A DNA stretch of 64,000 nt from Buchnera aphidicola (Schlechtendalia peitan) (GCA_039830055.1 CP140043.1:538355-602354), one strand, 5' to 3'; counted from the stretch's first letter, positions 47,386-58,635 are shown. Translations and numbers: made by a program. Notes: generated from the letters alone by a model not told the origin.

Positions 47386-48561
47386 TTATGAATTTTTTTT
47401 AACATATAATTTTTTTTTAAAAGCGTAAAAATATTTATTAATTAATGTAATAATAGATGATTCTAAATTTAATTCACTAATATTTAATAAAACATAATTC
47501 ACTCCTTTTTTCTTAATTAAATACTGTAACTGTACGGCTTCACTATCATGAACATTATTATAATGCAATGCAGCTGCAATACCTTTTACTAAGTTAACAT
47601 TTGGATATTGATATTCTAAAGTTCCCAAAAGAGGCTGTACTAAACGATCATTTTTATGTAATTTCCTAATAGGATTTCGACCGACTCTTAAAAGATCATC
47701 TATTACAAAAATATTTTCAAATCTAGATATAATTGACTTAATGTAAAGATCATGTTCATATCTATCAAAATTATATCGTGATATTAGTACATTTCCACTT
47801 TCACGCATTGCTCCATATACAATATCACGTACATTCTTATTCAAAATAGCGTTATATACATTAGTATATCCATGTAATAAACCTACATATGCAGTCACCG
47901 CATGACCAGTATTTAATGTAAATAATTTCCTTTCACTGTAAGCATTTAAATTATGACTCAATTGCATTCCAATAATCTTAGGGATATCCCCTTTAAATTG
48001 GCTAGCATCACATATTAATTCTTTAAAATGCTCTACTCTTACAAAAAGTATATTATTTTTTTTTGTATTATTACATGCAATAATTCTATCTACTACTGTA
48101 TCTACAAATCCAATGTTATTTTCTAAATACTCACAATATCTTGTAGATAACAAATTCGTAATATTTTTCTTTAACCTAGAACTACAGCGGAAATGATTTT
48201 CACAAGCCATTATATTAACAAAATTGTTATTTTTACTTGTTATTTTATATTCTATTCCTTTAGCAATTAAAATTGATAAAGAATCAATAGCATTTACTCC
48301 TACCGACGTTGTAATTATATCTGATTCTGCTATTACAGATATAATTCTAGGATCTTGAATATGTATAGCTTCTATTTCTTTAATTTTTTCATAATAAGAG
48401 CTATGTCCTACTATCTCAATATCATACTCATGATATAAATTAATAGCATTAACAATTTTTTCGTCAATATCAGAAAAAATCACATGAAATCCTGAACGTA
48501 CCAATGTTTCTCCAATAAATCCACGACCTATATTTCCTGCACCAAAATGCAACGCTTTCAT
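47386..48561 (-). CDS. mtlD: Mannitol-1-phosphate 5-dehydrogenase
   Basis: MKALHFGAGNIGRGFIG is identical to the E. coli MtlD N-terminus. The ATG at 48561 is preferred over 48573. Confidence 0.95.
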   Translation of the reverse strand: MKALHFGAGNIGRGFIGETLVRSGFHVIFSDIDEKIVNAINLYHEYDIEIVGHSSYYEKIKEIEAIHIQDPRIISVIAESDIITTSVGVNAIDSLSILIAKGIEYKITSKNNNFVNIMACENHFRCSSRLKKNITNLLSTRYCEYLENNIGFVDTVVDRIIACNNTKKNNILFVRVEHFKELICDASQFKGDIPKIIGMQLSHNLNAYSERKLFTLNTGHAVTAYVGLLHGYTNVYNAILNKNVRDIVYGAMRESGNVLISRYNFDRYEHDLYIKSIISRFENIFVIDDLLRVGRNPIRKLHKNDRLVQPLLGTLEYQYPNVNLVKGIAAALHYNNVHDSEAVQLQYLIKKKGVNYVLLNISELNLESSIITLINKYFYAFKKKLYVKKNS

Positions 48562-48670
48562 TTGTACTTCCACATATAAAATATATAAAAATATAATTTA
48601 ATTTTACAAGAAATATCATAATATATACATAAAAAAACTTTTAATTAAATTTTAAACTATTATCTGTTTA

Positions 48671-50584
48671 TTATTTTTTTGATAATAATTTTAATACATC
48701 ATATACGTTATTAGTATTAGATAATATTTTAATAACTTCATGATCATCTAAAATTCTTGTAATGTTACTTACTACCATAACATGTTCATTATTACGCGCA
48801 GCAATACCAATTACTAAAAATGCAATATCTTCTGGATGATCCCCAAAATGTACACCTTTTGGAAATTGACAAAAAATAGCTCCAGTTTTTAAGATAGAAT
48901 CTTTCGCCTCTATAGTACCATGCGGTAAAGCTATTGACTCTCCTAACCATGTAGACATGATTTTTTCTCTTTCTAACATCGCTTTAATATATTCTTGTTT
49001 TACATAACCTTGATTGACTAATTGCGTACCTATAAATGTGATAGCTTCTTCTTTATTTTTTGCTGTTTGATTTAAAAATATGTTATTTATAGTAAAATTA
49101 AATAAATTATTAATATGTTTAACGTCTTTTCCTGTATCAATAAAATTATTATGCATAATATTACTATTACATACATTTTTTAACATTAAATATTTTCCTA
49201 ACTTTTTATAAAAGTTATTATCTAAAAAATTATTTAATGATAAATGTTGAAATTTAGGATGTTGAACTCTTGCTCTTGCAGTAAGATTTTTATGAGTAAT
49301 AATTAAATCAGAATCTAGAGGAATAGAATCAATAGCAGAATTTAAAACTATAACGTTAACATTAAATCTACTTAATGTCTTTTTTAACATTCCTGCTCCT
49401 ATTGCACTAGAACCCATACCCGCATCACATGCAACAACTATCTTTTCTATTTTTTTTGTAAAACTAAAAGAATTATTATGAGCATTTTCTGTAAAATTAT
49501 TTAATTCTAAATTTTCTACTGGGTATGCATTTGATATATTTACTTTAGCATTTCCGTGATTTTTATTAAAAATTTTTAATAACGCAAATGAAATTAAAAA
49601 AGAGACTAAAAAAGACATTACTACTGCAGATATATTTACAATATATAATCCTTTTGGAGTCATAGCTAAAATTGATATAATAGAACCTGGAGAAGCAGTA
49701 GACATCAAACCACCATTAAATAGTGTTAATATAAAGATATTAGTCATTCCACCAAAAATTAAAGATATAATTAACTTAGGATTTAGTAAAACATATGAAA
49801 AATATACTTCATGTATTCCACCAAAAAATTGAATAATAGCAGCATTTCTTAAAGAAAATTTAACATCTTTGTTTATGTATTCTAAAAAAAATAATGCCAT
49901 GAGTACTCCAAGTCCAGGGCCTGGATTTGATTCAATGAAGAAAAAAATAGATCTATTAAACTTATCAACTTCTTGCACACCTAGAGAAGAAAAAATACCA
50001 TGGTTAATAGCATTATTTAAAAATAATATTTTTGCAGGTTCAACAAAAATTGAAATCAGAGGTAAAAAATTATTTTGAATAATTACATGTATACTATATG
50101 CTAAAATATTAGAAAATTGTTCAATAGCTGGACCTATAATAAAAAAAGACACTATTGATAACAATATTCCAACAATACCTGCTGAAAAATTATTTACTAA
50201 CATTTCAAAACTACTCATAACTTTATTCTTAACAATTTTATCACACCAATAAATAATCCATCCTCCTAACGGACCAATTATCATAGCTGCTAACAACATT
50301 GGAAAAGTAGTACCAACTATAGCTCCCATTACAGCTATGCTTCCAACGATTGCTCCCCTCTTTCCATGCATTAACCGACCACCGGTACTAGCAATTAAAA
50401 TTGGAAAAAGATAAATTGTCATTGGATTTATTATTGTTTCTAAATTCTTATTTGGAATCCATCCAGAGTGAAAAAATAATCCACTGATTAATCCCCATGC
50501 AATAAAAGCACTAATATTTGGCATAATCATTTTACTTAAAAATCGACCAATATTTTGAACTTTAACTTTTATTAACATTGACAT
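48671..50584 (-). CDS. mtlA: PTS mannitol-specific EIICBA component
   Basis: 637 aa, colinear with E. coli MtlA. It has the EIIC membrane domain, the EIIB phospho-Cys context VACDAGMGSSA, and the EIIA phospho-His context ALPHGT. Confidence 0.96.
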   Translation of the reverse strand: MSMLIKVKVQNIGRFLSKMIMPNISAFIAWGLISGLFFHSGWIPNKNLETIINPMTIYLFPILIASTGGRLMHGKRGAIVGSIAVMGAIVGTTFPMLLAAMIIGPLGGWIIYWCDKIVKNKVMSSFEMLVNNFSAGIVGILLSIVSFFIIGPAIEQFSNILAYSIHVIIQNNFLPLISIFVEPAKILFLNNAINHGIFSSLGVQEVDKFNRSIFFFIESNPGPGLGVLMALFFLEYINKDVKFSLRNAAIIQFFGGIHEVYFSYVLLNPKLIISLIFGGMTNIFILTLFNGGLMSTASPGSIISILAMTPKGLYIVNISAVVMSFLVSFLISFALLKIFNKNHGNAKVNISNAYPVENLELNNFTENAHNNSFSFTKKIEKIVVACDAGMGSSAIGAGMLKKTLSRFNVNVIVLNSAIDSIPLDSDLIITHKNLTARARVQHPKFQHLSLNNFLDNNFYKKLGKYLMLKNVCNSNIMHNNFIDTGKDVKHINNLFNFTINNIFLNQTAKNKEEAITFIGTQLVNQGYVKQEYIKAMLEREKIMSTWLGESIALPHGTIEAKDSILKTGAIFCQFPKGVHFGDHPEDIAFLVIGIAARNNEHVMVVSNITRILDDHEVIKILSNTNNVYDVLKLLSKK

Positions 50585-50916
50585 GCTTTTTCCTTACTTC
50601 GTTAATTCAATTTGCAAAAACAACTATTTGTATACATAAATTATGTTATTAAATATCAAATATACAAAAATTGATTACGCGACGTAATATTTAAAACTAA
50701 ATATCAATTTTGTATTTGAAAAAAATAATGTCTTCTTTTAATACTCAATCATTTTAATATATGAAATTTCTAGAACATTCCAAAATTTTTTTAAAAATTA
50801 CAATAAAACAAATATATAGAAAAAATTTTGCTTATTTGAAATAAATGCTATTTCTTAAATTAAAATTACCTAATAATCATCAATAGTTTCTAACATAAAA
50901 AATATATTAATATTAA

Positions 50917-52566
50917 TTAACGCAAAGATTTATAAAAATTAATTAAACCATTAGTAGACGAATCATATTTTGTTTCTTTTTTATTGTTATTCAAACTTTC
51001 TAAAATATTTTTGGCAAGATTTTTACCTAATTCGACACCCCATTGATCAAATGTAAAAACATTAAATATTACACCTTGTGTAAATACTTTATGTTCATAC
51101 AAAGCAATTAATGAACCTAAATTATAAGGATTAATTTTACTTAACAAAATGGAATTGCTAGGCTTATTACCGTCAAACATTTTATAAGGAAATATATTAA
51201 ATTTATTCTCTGACTTATTCAAAATTTTACATAATTTTCGTTGTTCAAAACATTCAAATTTTCCAAATGCTAGAGCTTGAGTTTGTGAAAAGAAATTTGA
51301 AAGTAATTGAATATGATGATTAATTAAATTATGATCATTTGGAAATATAGAAGCAATAAAATCGCATGGAATTAATTTAGTGCCTTGATGTAATAATTGA
51401 TAAAATGCATGTTGACCATTAGTACCTGATTCTCCCCAAATAATTGGGCCAGTTTGCCAACAAACACGATGGCCATTTCTATCAATATTTTTGCCATTAG
51501 ACTCCATATTAGTTTGTTGAAGAAAAGCAGGAAGATGGCATAAATTTTGATCATATGGCAATATTGCTTCTGTTTCTGATAAAAAAAAATTATTATACCA
51601 AATACCAATTAATGCTAATAAAATGGGTATATTTTTATCTAATTCTGTATGAAAATAATGCTGATCCATAGCATGTGCACCATTTAATAATGCAATAAAA
51701 TTATCAAATCCAATAGAAAGAGATATAGATAACCCCACAGAAGACCATAAAGAATAACGACCACCTACCCAATCCCAAAAAATAAATATATTATCTATAT
51801 TAATACCAAAATTAATAACATTTTCAACATTTTCAGATATTGCAATGAAATGCTTATTTAAAAAATTATCGGTAACAAAATGCTTCATCATCCATGTTTT
51901 AGCAGTATTAGCATTAGTAATTGTTTCTAACGTTGTAAACGTTTTAGAAACAATTAAAAATAAAGTCGTTTCTGGATCAATTTTTTTAAATACATTAGAA
52001 ATGTGCGAACCATCTATATTAGAAACAAAATGTATGTTTAAATGATTTCTAAAAGCATTTAAAGCTTGAACTATCATAGAAGGACCTAAATCTGATCCTC
52101 CAATTCCAATATTTACAATATCAGTAATTGCTTTTCCTGTATATCCTTTCCATGTTCCACTAATAACTGAATCTGAAAAAAATTTTATTTTTTCAAGCAT
52201 CTTGTTTATATCAATCATAACATCTTTATTATTATACATAATAGGAGTATTACTCCTATTTCTTAAAGCAATATGTAATACTGCACGATTTTCAGTACGA
52301 TTAATTATTTCCCCACTAAACATAGACTTAATAGCACTAGTTAAATCTACTTCTTTAGCTAACATCAATAGTTTTTCAACTGTATCGCTTACAATTCTAT
52401 TTTTAGAAAAATCTACTAATATTTGATTATTAAAATTTATTGAAAATTTACAAAATCTGTTCTTATCTTGCAAAAATAGATCTCGCATATGAACATCTTT
52501 TATTTCATAAAAATGTTTTTTTAAATTCTTCCATGCGTTAGTATCAATAGGATTAATATTTTTCAT
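50917..52566 (-). CDS. pgi: Glucose-6-phosphate isomerase
   Basis: [12 protein letters not shown] aligns with E. coli MKNINPTQTAAW, so the ATG at 52566 is preferred over 52578. Also has [23 protein letters not shown] and [11 protein letters not shown]. Confidence 0.96.
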   Translation of the reverse strand: MKNINPIDTNAWKNLKKHFYEIKDVHMRDLFLQDKNRFCKFSINFNNQILVDFSKNRIVSDTVEKLLMLAKEVDLTSAIKSMFSGEIINRTENRAVLHIALRNRSNTPIMYNNKDVMIDINKMLEKIKFFSDSVISGTWKGYTGKAITDIVNIGIGGSDLGPSMIVQALNAFRNHLNIHFVSNIDGSHISNVFKKIDPETTLFLIVSKTFTTLETITNANTAKTWMMKHFVTDNFLNKHFIAISENVENVINFGINIDNIFIFWDWVGGRYSLWSSVGLSISLSIGFDNFIALLNGAHAMDQHYFHTELDKNIPILLALIGIWYNNFFLSETEAILPYDQNLCHLPAFLQQTNMESNGKNIDRNGHRVCWQTGPIIWGESGTNGQHAFYQLLHQGTKLIPCDFIASIFPNDHNLINHHIQLLSNFFSQTQALAFGKFECFEQRKLCKILNKSENKFNIFPYKMFDGNKPSNSILLSKINPYNLGSLIALYEHKVFTQGVIFNVFTFDQWGVELGKNLAKNILESLNNNKKETKYDSSTNGLINFYKSLR

Positions 52567-53287
52567 AAGAATTCTCATTAATTTAAAATTTCTCAGATAT
52601 TATTACTGCGTATAATACGTTACATTGAAATATGTTAATAAAAAAAATAAATATATAAAATATTTCTAAATATACTATTTAAAATAGTGTTAAATTTTAA
52701 AATAATTTTTCATCATTCTACTATTGATAGGGTTCTTACGGTACTTACATAGACCAAACTAATTTATTCTAAATTAGAATATATTAATAGTCTTATATTA
52801 GTTAAATATACAAGCTTAACATTTACCTATTACTATAATCACATTAATAAATATTTCCACTATAACAAAACAAAACTCGATTTAAATTTAAATATGTTAT
52901 ACATGTAAAAACTACTTAAATAAATGAATATAAAAACTAATATAAAGAGTACACTAATAAAATAGTACATCAACCTATTACATTAATATTAATAAAATAA
53001 CAATGTATTTATATATATAAAATTGGAATATTTGTGCATTTTTATTTAATATTAACAAGTTTTAATAATACAAATATTGTGATAATTAACATCACAAGAT
53101 CATATAAAAACGTTAATGCTCTTAAACGCATATTACAAATTGAACTATTTTAAAATATATACTTATGTTTTATATAGAACACAATAATAAATTCAAAAAA
53201 ATTCTAAATATATAAATTTACAATTATTGTACTTCTTAACTCATTTAAAAAACTATACAACAATTACTCAAAATAATATGAAAATCA

Positions 53288-53833
53288 ATGAACATTGATA
53301 AAAAAAATTTAATTTGGATTGATTTAGAAATGACGGGATTAAATCCTAATCAACACAAAATTATTGAAATTGCTACATTAATAACTAATATCAATTTAAA
53401 AATTATATCTATTGGACCAATCATAGCTATTAAACAAAGTAATTCTCAATTAAAACAAATGAATACATGGAATCATAAAACTCATAAAAAAAGTGGATTA
53501 TTGAATCGCGTTAAAAAAAGCTTACATAACGAAAAATTAGCTGAAATTCAAACAATTTTTTTTTTAAAAAACTGGGTTCCTAAAAATACATCTCCAATGT
53601 GTGGAAACACTATCAGCACAGACAGACAATTTTTATTTAAGTATATGCCAACTTTAGAAAAATATTTTCACTATAGACAAATAGATGTTAGTACAATAAA
53701 AGAATTAGCTATACGATGGAATTTAAAACTATATGAAAATTTTAAAAAAAAAAATAATCACATAGCAATAAATGATTTAATTGAATCAGTTAATGAACTA
53801 AAATATTATCGAAAACATTTTTTAAAGTTATAA
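53288..53833 (+). CDS. orn: Oligoribonuclease
   Basis: 181 aa with NLIWIDLEMTGL, CGNTISTDRQFL and HYRQIDVST, colinear with E. coli Orn. Confidence 0.95.
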   Translation: MNIDKKNLIWIDLEMTGLNPNQHKIIEIATLITNINLKIISIGPIIAIKQSNSQLKQMNTWNHKTHKKSGLLNRVKKSLHNEKLAEIQTIFFLKNWVPKNTSPMCGNTISTDRQFLFKYMPTLEKYFHYRQIDVSTIKELAIRWNLKLYENFKKKNNHIAINDLIESVNELKYYRKHFLKL

Positions 53834-53951
53834 CAGTAAATACATATTAAAACAACTATTCAAAAAAAAGTTAATATTTAAAAAAAATCTTAATATCTTT
53901 TCATAATTAATACTTGAGTTTTTTTTGTTTTTATAATACAGTTTATTCAAC

Positions 53952-54024
<73 letters not shown>

Positions 54025-54229
54025 ATTAAAAATATGTTATTGTAAAAAATATGTAATACAATATGATAATTTAACATAACGAATATATAATAATATCGTT
54101 TTGTTTCTAAATTAATAAACATATACTATTGTTATTTATTCAAAAATCAAAAGACATTGATTTATTTAATATATTTAAAAAAAGAACTATACTTTTTATT
54201 TTAGTAATACTAACACATTTAGGAAATGT

Positions 54230-55235
54230 ATGTTATACTATATATTTTTTATTACGATACTATTAATGAACATTTTTTTTTCAAGTTCTTTTTTAATTTC
54301 AGCAGAAAAAACCAAAAATTATATAAAATATCATTTACATATTCAAAAAATTAATCAACAATGGAAAAAAATACAACAAAATTATTATAATTTTAATATT
54401 TATAAAAAAAATTTTATATATAAACTATTACACTAAAAATAAACATTCATCATCTAAAAAAAAACATACCATCAAAAAACATCTACGAAAAAAAGTAATA
54501 ATTTTAAAAAAGAACATCAAAAATAAATGTAATATAAAAAAAATCATTGTAGCTATAGACGCAGGTCATGGAGGAAAAGATCCTGGTGCTATTGGTATTA
54601 ATAAAACTCAAGAAAAAGACATTACCTTCACAATTTCTAAAAAATTAAAACGAAAATTAAATAATTCAAAGTTTTTTAAAGCAATAATGACGCGAACAGG
54701 AAATTACTACGTGTCTATTTCCAAACGCACTAAAATTGCCCAAGAAAATAAAGTTAACGTATTAATTTCGATTCATACTAACTCGTCCAAAAATTCGAAC
54801 ATGTCTGGATTATCTATATGGGTACTTTCAAAGAAAAAAAATAGTTCTAAATTAACTGATTTATCTAGAAAAAATATTAACAACATAAAAACATTTAAAA
54901 TAAATCAGTATCATATTTTTAATAAAATGATACATTCACGCTTAAAAAATATTATTTTAAATGTTAAATTTAACCATATACGAGAATCAGGATATGTACT
55001 TGCAAAAAATATTATACAAGAACTAAAACACATTCATTCTCTATATAAAGTTCATCCGATACATGCTAATTTTGGCATATTGAAATCTCCATACTATCCA
55101 TCTATACTAATAGAAACAGGTTTCATAAGTAACAAGTTAGAAGAAAAAAAATTAAGTAACAAATATTATCAAAACATTATAGTTCACTCTATATATCTAG
55201 GACTAAAACGATATTTTTTCAAAAACTGTATTTAA
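54230..55235 (+). pseudogene. amiB: N-acetylmuramoyl-L-alanine amidase AmiB, with a frameshift near the 5' end inside poly(A) tracts
   Basis: ORF 54230-54436 encodes a signal-peptide-like N-terminus (MLYYIFFITILLMNIFFSSSFLISA). A second frame, open from 54327 to 55235, encodes the Amidase_3 domain (IIVAIDAGHGGKDPGAIG, LISIHTNSS, ILIETGFISN) but has no ATG, GTG or TTG before 54687. The frames overlap across an A7 run (54365-54371) and an A8 run (54404-54411). Confidence 0.85.
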
Positions 55236-55453
55236 AAAATGCGCAAATTAATTACAAACATTTTTATTAAATTTTAAAAATATTTTAATTGTATAATATA
55301 CATATAGTGTATATAAAAAAACTTCATTTAATAACACTATTATTAGAGCATATCTATAATTTTTATATATACATACTATTTTTACATCGTTCTAAAATCC
55401 ATTCACGCATTTCTATAAAATAATGTTAAAACTATCCAAAAAAAATGTTATAA

Positions 55454-55666
55454 CTAATTTTTATGATTTATTTTAAATTTTTTATTAAATTTTTCAATGC
55501 GCCCACCGGTGTCCGCTATTCTTTGTTGTCCAGTATAAAAAGGATGACATTTAAAACATACATCAATATTTATGTCCCTACATAAAGTAGAACATGTTTG
55601 AATTGAATTTCCACAAGAACAAGTAATTAAAATCTTAGAATAATTAGGATGAATATTTTTTTTCAT
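55454..55666 (-). CDS. rpmE: 50S ribosomal protein L31 (Zn-ribbon type)
   Basis: 70 aa with [24 protein letters not shown] and [10 protein letters not shown]. Confidence 0.97.
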   Translation of the reverse strand: MKKNIHPNYSKILITCSCGNSIQTCSTLCRDINIDVCFKCHPFYTGQQRIADTGGRIEKFNKKFKINHKN

Positions 55667-55976
55667 AAATCCTTCTTAATTACATAAATCAAATTTAGAA
55701 TACTGTTATGATATAGAAAACATCTATGCAGAAGTAAAAATATTTAAAAGTATTGTTTTAACATTAGAAACAATTAAAAAAAATATTTTTTTAAATAAAT
55801 ATATTGTTACTATATATTCAAAATGAATAATATAATCTAAAAAAATTTTAATGTAAAAACATAAAATCCTTAATTAAATTTAAACAATAAATCGTGCGTA
55901 TTGAATATATTTATCACTTACTTTATATTTTTAATTATTTAAAAATATTAAAAATAAATAAAACATTTAAAGAAAA

Positions 55977-56252
55977 ATGATTAATAAAGATTTCGTGTTT
56001 GGTAATAAATTTAAGTATTCGAACTTAAAAAAAAACAACAATAAAAATAACAATGTTATTACAGCGATAATGGTGATATTCATTATTATATTAATGTTAT
56101 TAATATTAACTAACTTTTTATTAGAAAAAAAAATATTTAATAATAGTATACATAATTTAAAATCTAAAAATATTCAGAAAACCACTATCACGATTCCTAA
56201 AAAACCAAAAGAAAAATGGAAATATATATATGAATTAAAAAACGAAAAATAA
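55977..56252 (+). CDS. ftsN: Truncated FtsN-like divisome protein (cytoplasmic tail, one TM helix and essential domain only)
   Basis: 91 aa in the syntenic ftsN position upstream of hslVU. MINKDFV aligns with E. coli MAQRDYV (Asp5 retained). TM helix is VITAIMVIFIIILMLLILTNFLL. C-terminal IPKKPKEKWKYIYELKNEK aligns with E. coli LPPKPEERWRYIKELESRQ, with W, Y and L conserved at the same spacing. There is no Q-rich linker or SPOR domain. Confidence 0.6.
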   Translation: MINKDFVFGNKFKYSNLKKNNNKNNNVITAIMVIFIIILMLLILTNFLLEKKIFNNSIHNLKSKNIQKTTITIPKKPKEKWKYIYELKNEK

Positions 56253-56691
56253 AACTTTTATTACGTATTATATAATGCAGATAAATTTTTACTTCATACT
56301 GCTTAATTAATATGTTTAATCATATTAAAAACTGCATTAATTATTTCGATCATCTTATTTTTAAATTATCTAATCATTATTTATAACTATAACTAAACAT
56401 ATTAAATTCTATAATAAATACAAGAATTTATATTAAATTTATTATAAAATATATTTACTATTCAAAAAAACAATAAATTTTACTATTTCATTATTTAAAA
56501 TAGAAATTAAAATATCATAACATAAATATAAATGTAAAAATACTGTTTACATTTTTAAAAAATAAGATTTCAAATATTATTTTCATAATGAATACACATA
56601 AAAATATTCTTAACGTCATTTTAGTACATCTTAAAAATTTAATTATTAACATTTACAATGTTGTTAAATTTTACATAAAGGATCATATTTT

Positions 56692-57222
56692 ATGACGACT
56701 ATTCTTAGCGTACGTCTTAAAAAAAAAGTAGTTATCGGGGGGGATGGGCAAGCAACTCTTGGAAATACTATTATGAAAAAAAATGTTAAAAAAGTACGAA
56801 CATTATATCATGATCAGGTAATTGCAGGATTCGCTGGAGGTACAGCTGACGCATTTACATTATTTGAATTATTTGAAAAAAAACTACTTATGTATCAAGG
56901 ACATTTACAACGTGCAGCAATTGAATTAGCAAAGGATTGGAGAACTGATAAAATATTACGTAAGCTTGAAGCATTACTAGCAGTAGCAAATAAAGAAAAA
57001 TCATTTATTATTACAGGAAATGGAGATGTAATTCAACCTGAAAATGATCTTATGGCTATTGGTTCCGGTGGACCTTATGCACAGGCAGCAGCACAAGCAA
57101 TGATAGAACAGACTACTCTCACCGCAAAGCAAATTGTAAAAATAGCACTTAAAATTACTTCTGGAATATGTATATATACAAATGATATTTTTACTATTAA
57201 AGAATTGATTTCAGAAAAATAA
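56692..57222 (+). CDS. hslV: ATP-dependent protease subunit HslV
   Basis: 176 aa starting MTTILSVR (N-terminal Thr nucleophile), with [10 protein letters not shown] and [14 protein letters not shown]. An AAGGA Shine-Dalgarno sequence lies upstream. Confidence 0.97.
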   Translation: MTTILSVRLKKKVVIGGDGQATLGNTIMKKNVKKVRTLYHDQVIAGFAGGTADAFTLFELFEKKLLMYQGHLQRAAIELAKDWRTDKILRKLEALLAVANKEKSFIITGNGDVIQPENDLMAIGSGGPYAQAAAQAMIEQTTLTAKQIVKIALKITSGICIYTNDIFTIKELISEK

Positions 57223-57233
57223 GGATTATCTCT

Positions 57234-58568
57234 ATGTCAGATATGACTCCCTGCGAGATAGTGAAAGAACTTAATCGATTTATAATCGGCCAAGAAAAAG
57301 CAAAAAGAGCTGTAGCTATTGCTTTACGAAATCGCTGGCGTCGCATGAAACTCGATAAAGAACTTAGAAATGAAATAACACCAAAAAATATTTTAATGAT
57401 AGGCCCAACAGGAGTAGGAAAAACAGAAATTGCTAGACGTTTAGCCATGTTAGCTAACGCTCCATTCATTAAAGTAGAAGCTACAAAGTTTACAGAAATA
57501 GGATATGTAGGAAAAGAAGTTGATTCAATAATTAGAGATTTAACTGATTTATCAATAAAAATGACACGTAACAAAGTATTTAAAAAAAATAAAAATAAAG
57601 CTAAAGAAATGGCTGAAGAACGAATTTTAAATGTTTTAATTCCAACTATTGAAAAAAAATGGAAAGAATCAGAAGTTTCTAACAAACCTATTGCAGCTAT
57701 TCAATTATTTAGAAAAAAATTACGCGAGGGTCAATTAGACGAAAAGGAAATTGAAATTAGTATTTCTACAACACCCGTTGGAGTAGAAATCATGGCTCCA
57801 CCGGGGATGGAAGAATTAACAAACCAATTACAATCATTGTTTCAAAATTTAGGAGGTAGAAAAAAAAATATTAGAAAACTAAAAATTAAAGATGCTATGA
57901 AACTGCTTATAGAGGAAGAATCAGCTAAATTATTAAATATAGATACTCTTAAAAAAGAAGCTATATATGCAGTTGAACAAAATGGAATTGTATTTATTGA
58001 TGAAATTGATAAAATATGTAAAAGCAGAGGTACAACAGGACCTGATGTATCTCGTGAAGGAGTACAAAGAGATTTACTTCCATTAATTGAAGGTTGTACT
58101 ATTTCTACAAAACATGGCATGGTTAAAACCGATCATATTCTGTTTATTGCTTCAGGAGCCTTCCAAATTTCTACTCCTTCAGATCTAATCCCAGAACTAC
58201 AGGGTCGACTTCCAATCAGAGTTGAATTACAAGCACTAACAATTGATGATTTCGAACTAATTTTAACAGAACCAAAAGCATCCATAACTGCACAATATAA
58301 AGCTTTAATGCAAACAGAAAACGTACACGTTAATTTTACCAAAGAAGGTATTCGTCATATTGCTGAAGCAGCTTGGAAAGTTAATGAATCTATAGAAAAC
58401 ATTGGAGCTCGTAGGCTATATACTATTTTAGAAAATTTAATGGAAGATATTTCTTATAATGCTAGTAATAATAAGAATGAAATAACTATTAATATAGATA
58501 ATAAGTATGTTAGTAAACATTTAGATAATTTAGTTTTAAATAATGATCTTAACCGATTTATTTTATAG
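57234..58568 (+). CDS. hslU: ATP-dependent protease ATPase subunit HslU
   Basis: 444 aa with the Walker A motif [23 protein letters not shown], and a C-terminus ending RFIL; near-identical to E. coli HslU. Confidence 0.97.
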   Translation: MSDMTPCEIVKELNRFIIGQEKAKRAVAIALRNRWRRMKLDKELRNEITPKNILMIGPTGVGKTEIARRLAMLANAPFIKVEATKFTEIGYVGKEVDSIIRDLTDLSIKMTRNKVFKKNKNKAKEMAEERILNVLIPTIEKKWKESEVSNKPIAAIQLFRKKLREGQLDEKEIEISISTTPVGVEIMAPPGMEELTNQLQSLFQNLGGRKKNIRKLKIKDAMKLLIEEESAKLLNIDTLKKEAIYAVEQNGIVFIDEIDKICKSRGTTGPDVSREGVQRDLLPLIEGCTISTKHGMVKTDHILFIASGAFQISTPSDLIPELQGRLPIRVELQALTIDDFELILTEPKASITAQYKALMQTENVHVNFTKEGIRHIAEAAWKVNESIENIGARRLYTILENLMEDISYNASNNKNEITINIDNKYVSKHLDNLVLNNDLNRFIL

Positions 58569-58604
58569 TTATTTAGAAACATCATTGTATACATACATTA
58601 ATTA

Positions 58605-58635
58605 CTTTCCTATCTTAAAACGAAAGATAGGAAAG
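58605..58635 (+). terminator. Candidate intrinsic terminator hairpin between convergent hslU and zapB
   Basis: Perfect 12-bp stem, 58605-58616 ctttcctatctt pairing with 58624-58635 aagataggaaag, with a 7-nt loop and 4 G-C pairs. It starts 37 nt after the hslU stop. Only a weak T-run (tatttt) follows. Confidence 0.45.

Noticed and set aside
52720-52790. Slightly GC-richer patch (gatagggttcttacggtacttacatagacc) and a 17-nt palindrome TATTCTAAATTAGAATA in the pgi-orn spacer. I considered a tRNA or sRNA remnant.
   Set aside because: No cloverleaf elements can be drawn (no T-arm GGTTCGAATCC and no acceptor pairing). The palindrome is all A/T apart from one pair.
56600-56691. Search for a sigma-32 heat-shock promoter (CTTGAAA ... 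CCCCATNT) upstream of hslVU.
   Set aside because: No convincing match. Only an AAGGA ribosome-binding site is clear. In DNA this AT-rich, -10/-35-like hexamers occur everywhere, so I report no promoters in this window.
57197-57685. 162-aa ORF on the minus strand, together with the other antisense ORFs in the track: 438-662, 3009-3320, 3927-4190, 8398-8712, 23385-23645, 35338-35673, 45404-45733, 58133-58342, 61057-61365 and similar.
   Set aside because: Each lies entirely antisense to a strongly conserved housekeeping gene. Each has the Ser/Ile/Phe/Leu-rich composition typical of shadow frames in AT-rich DNA, has no recognisable motif, and would require complete overlap with a real gene.
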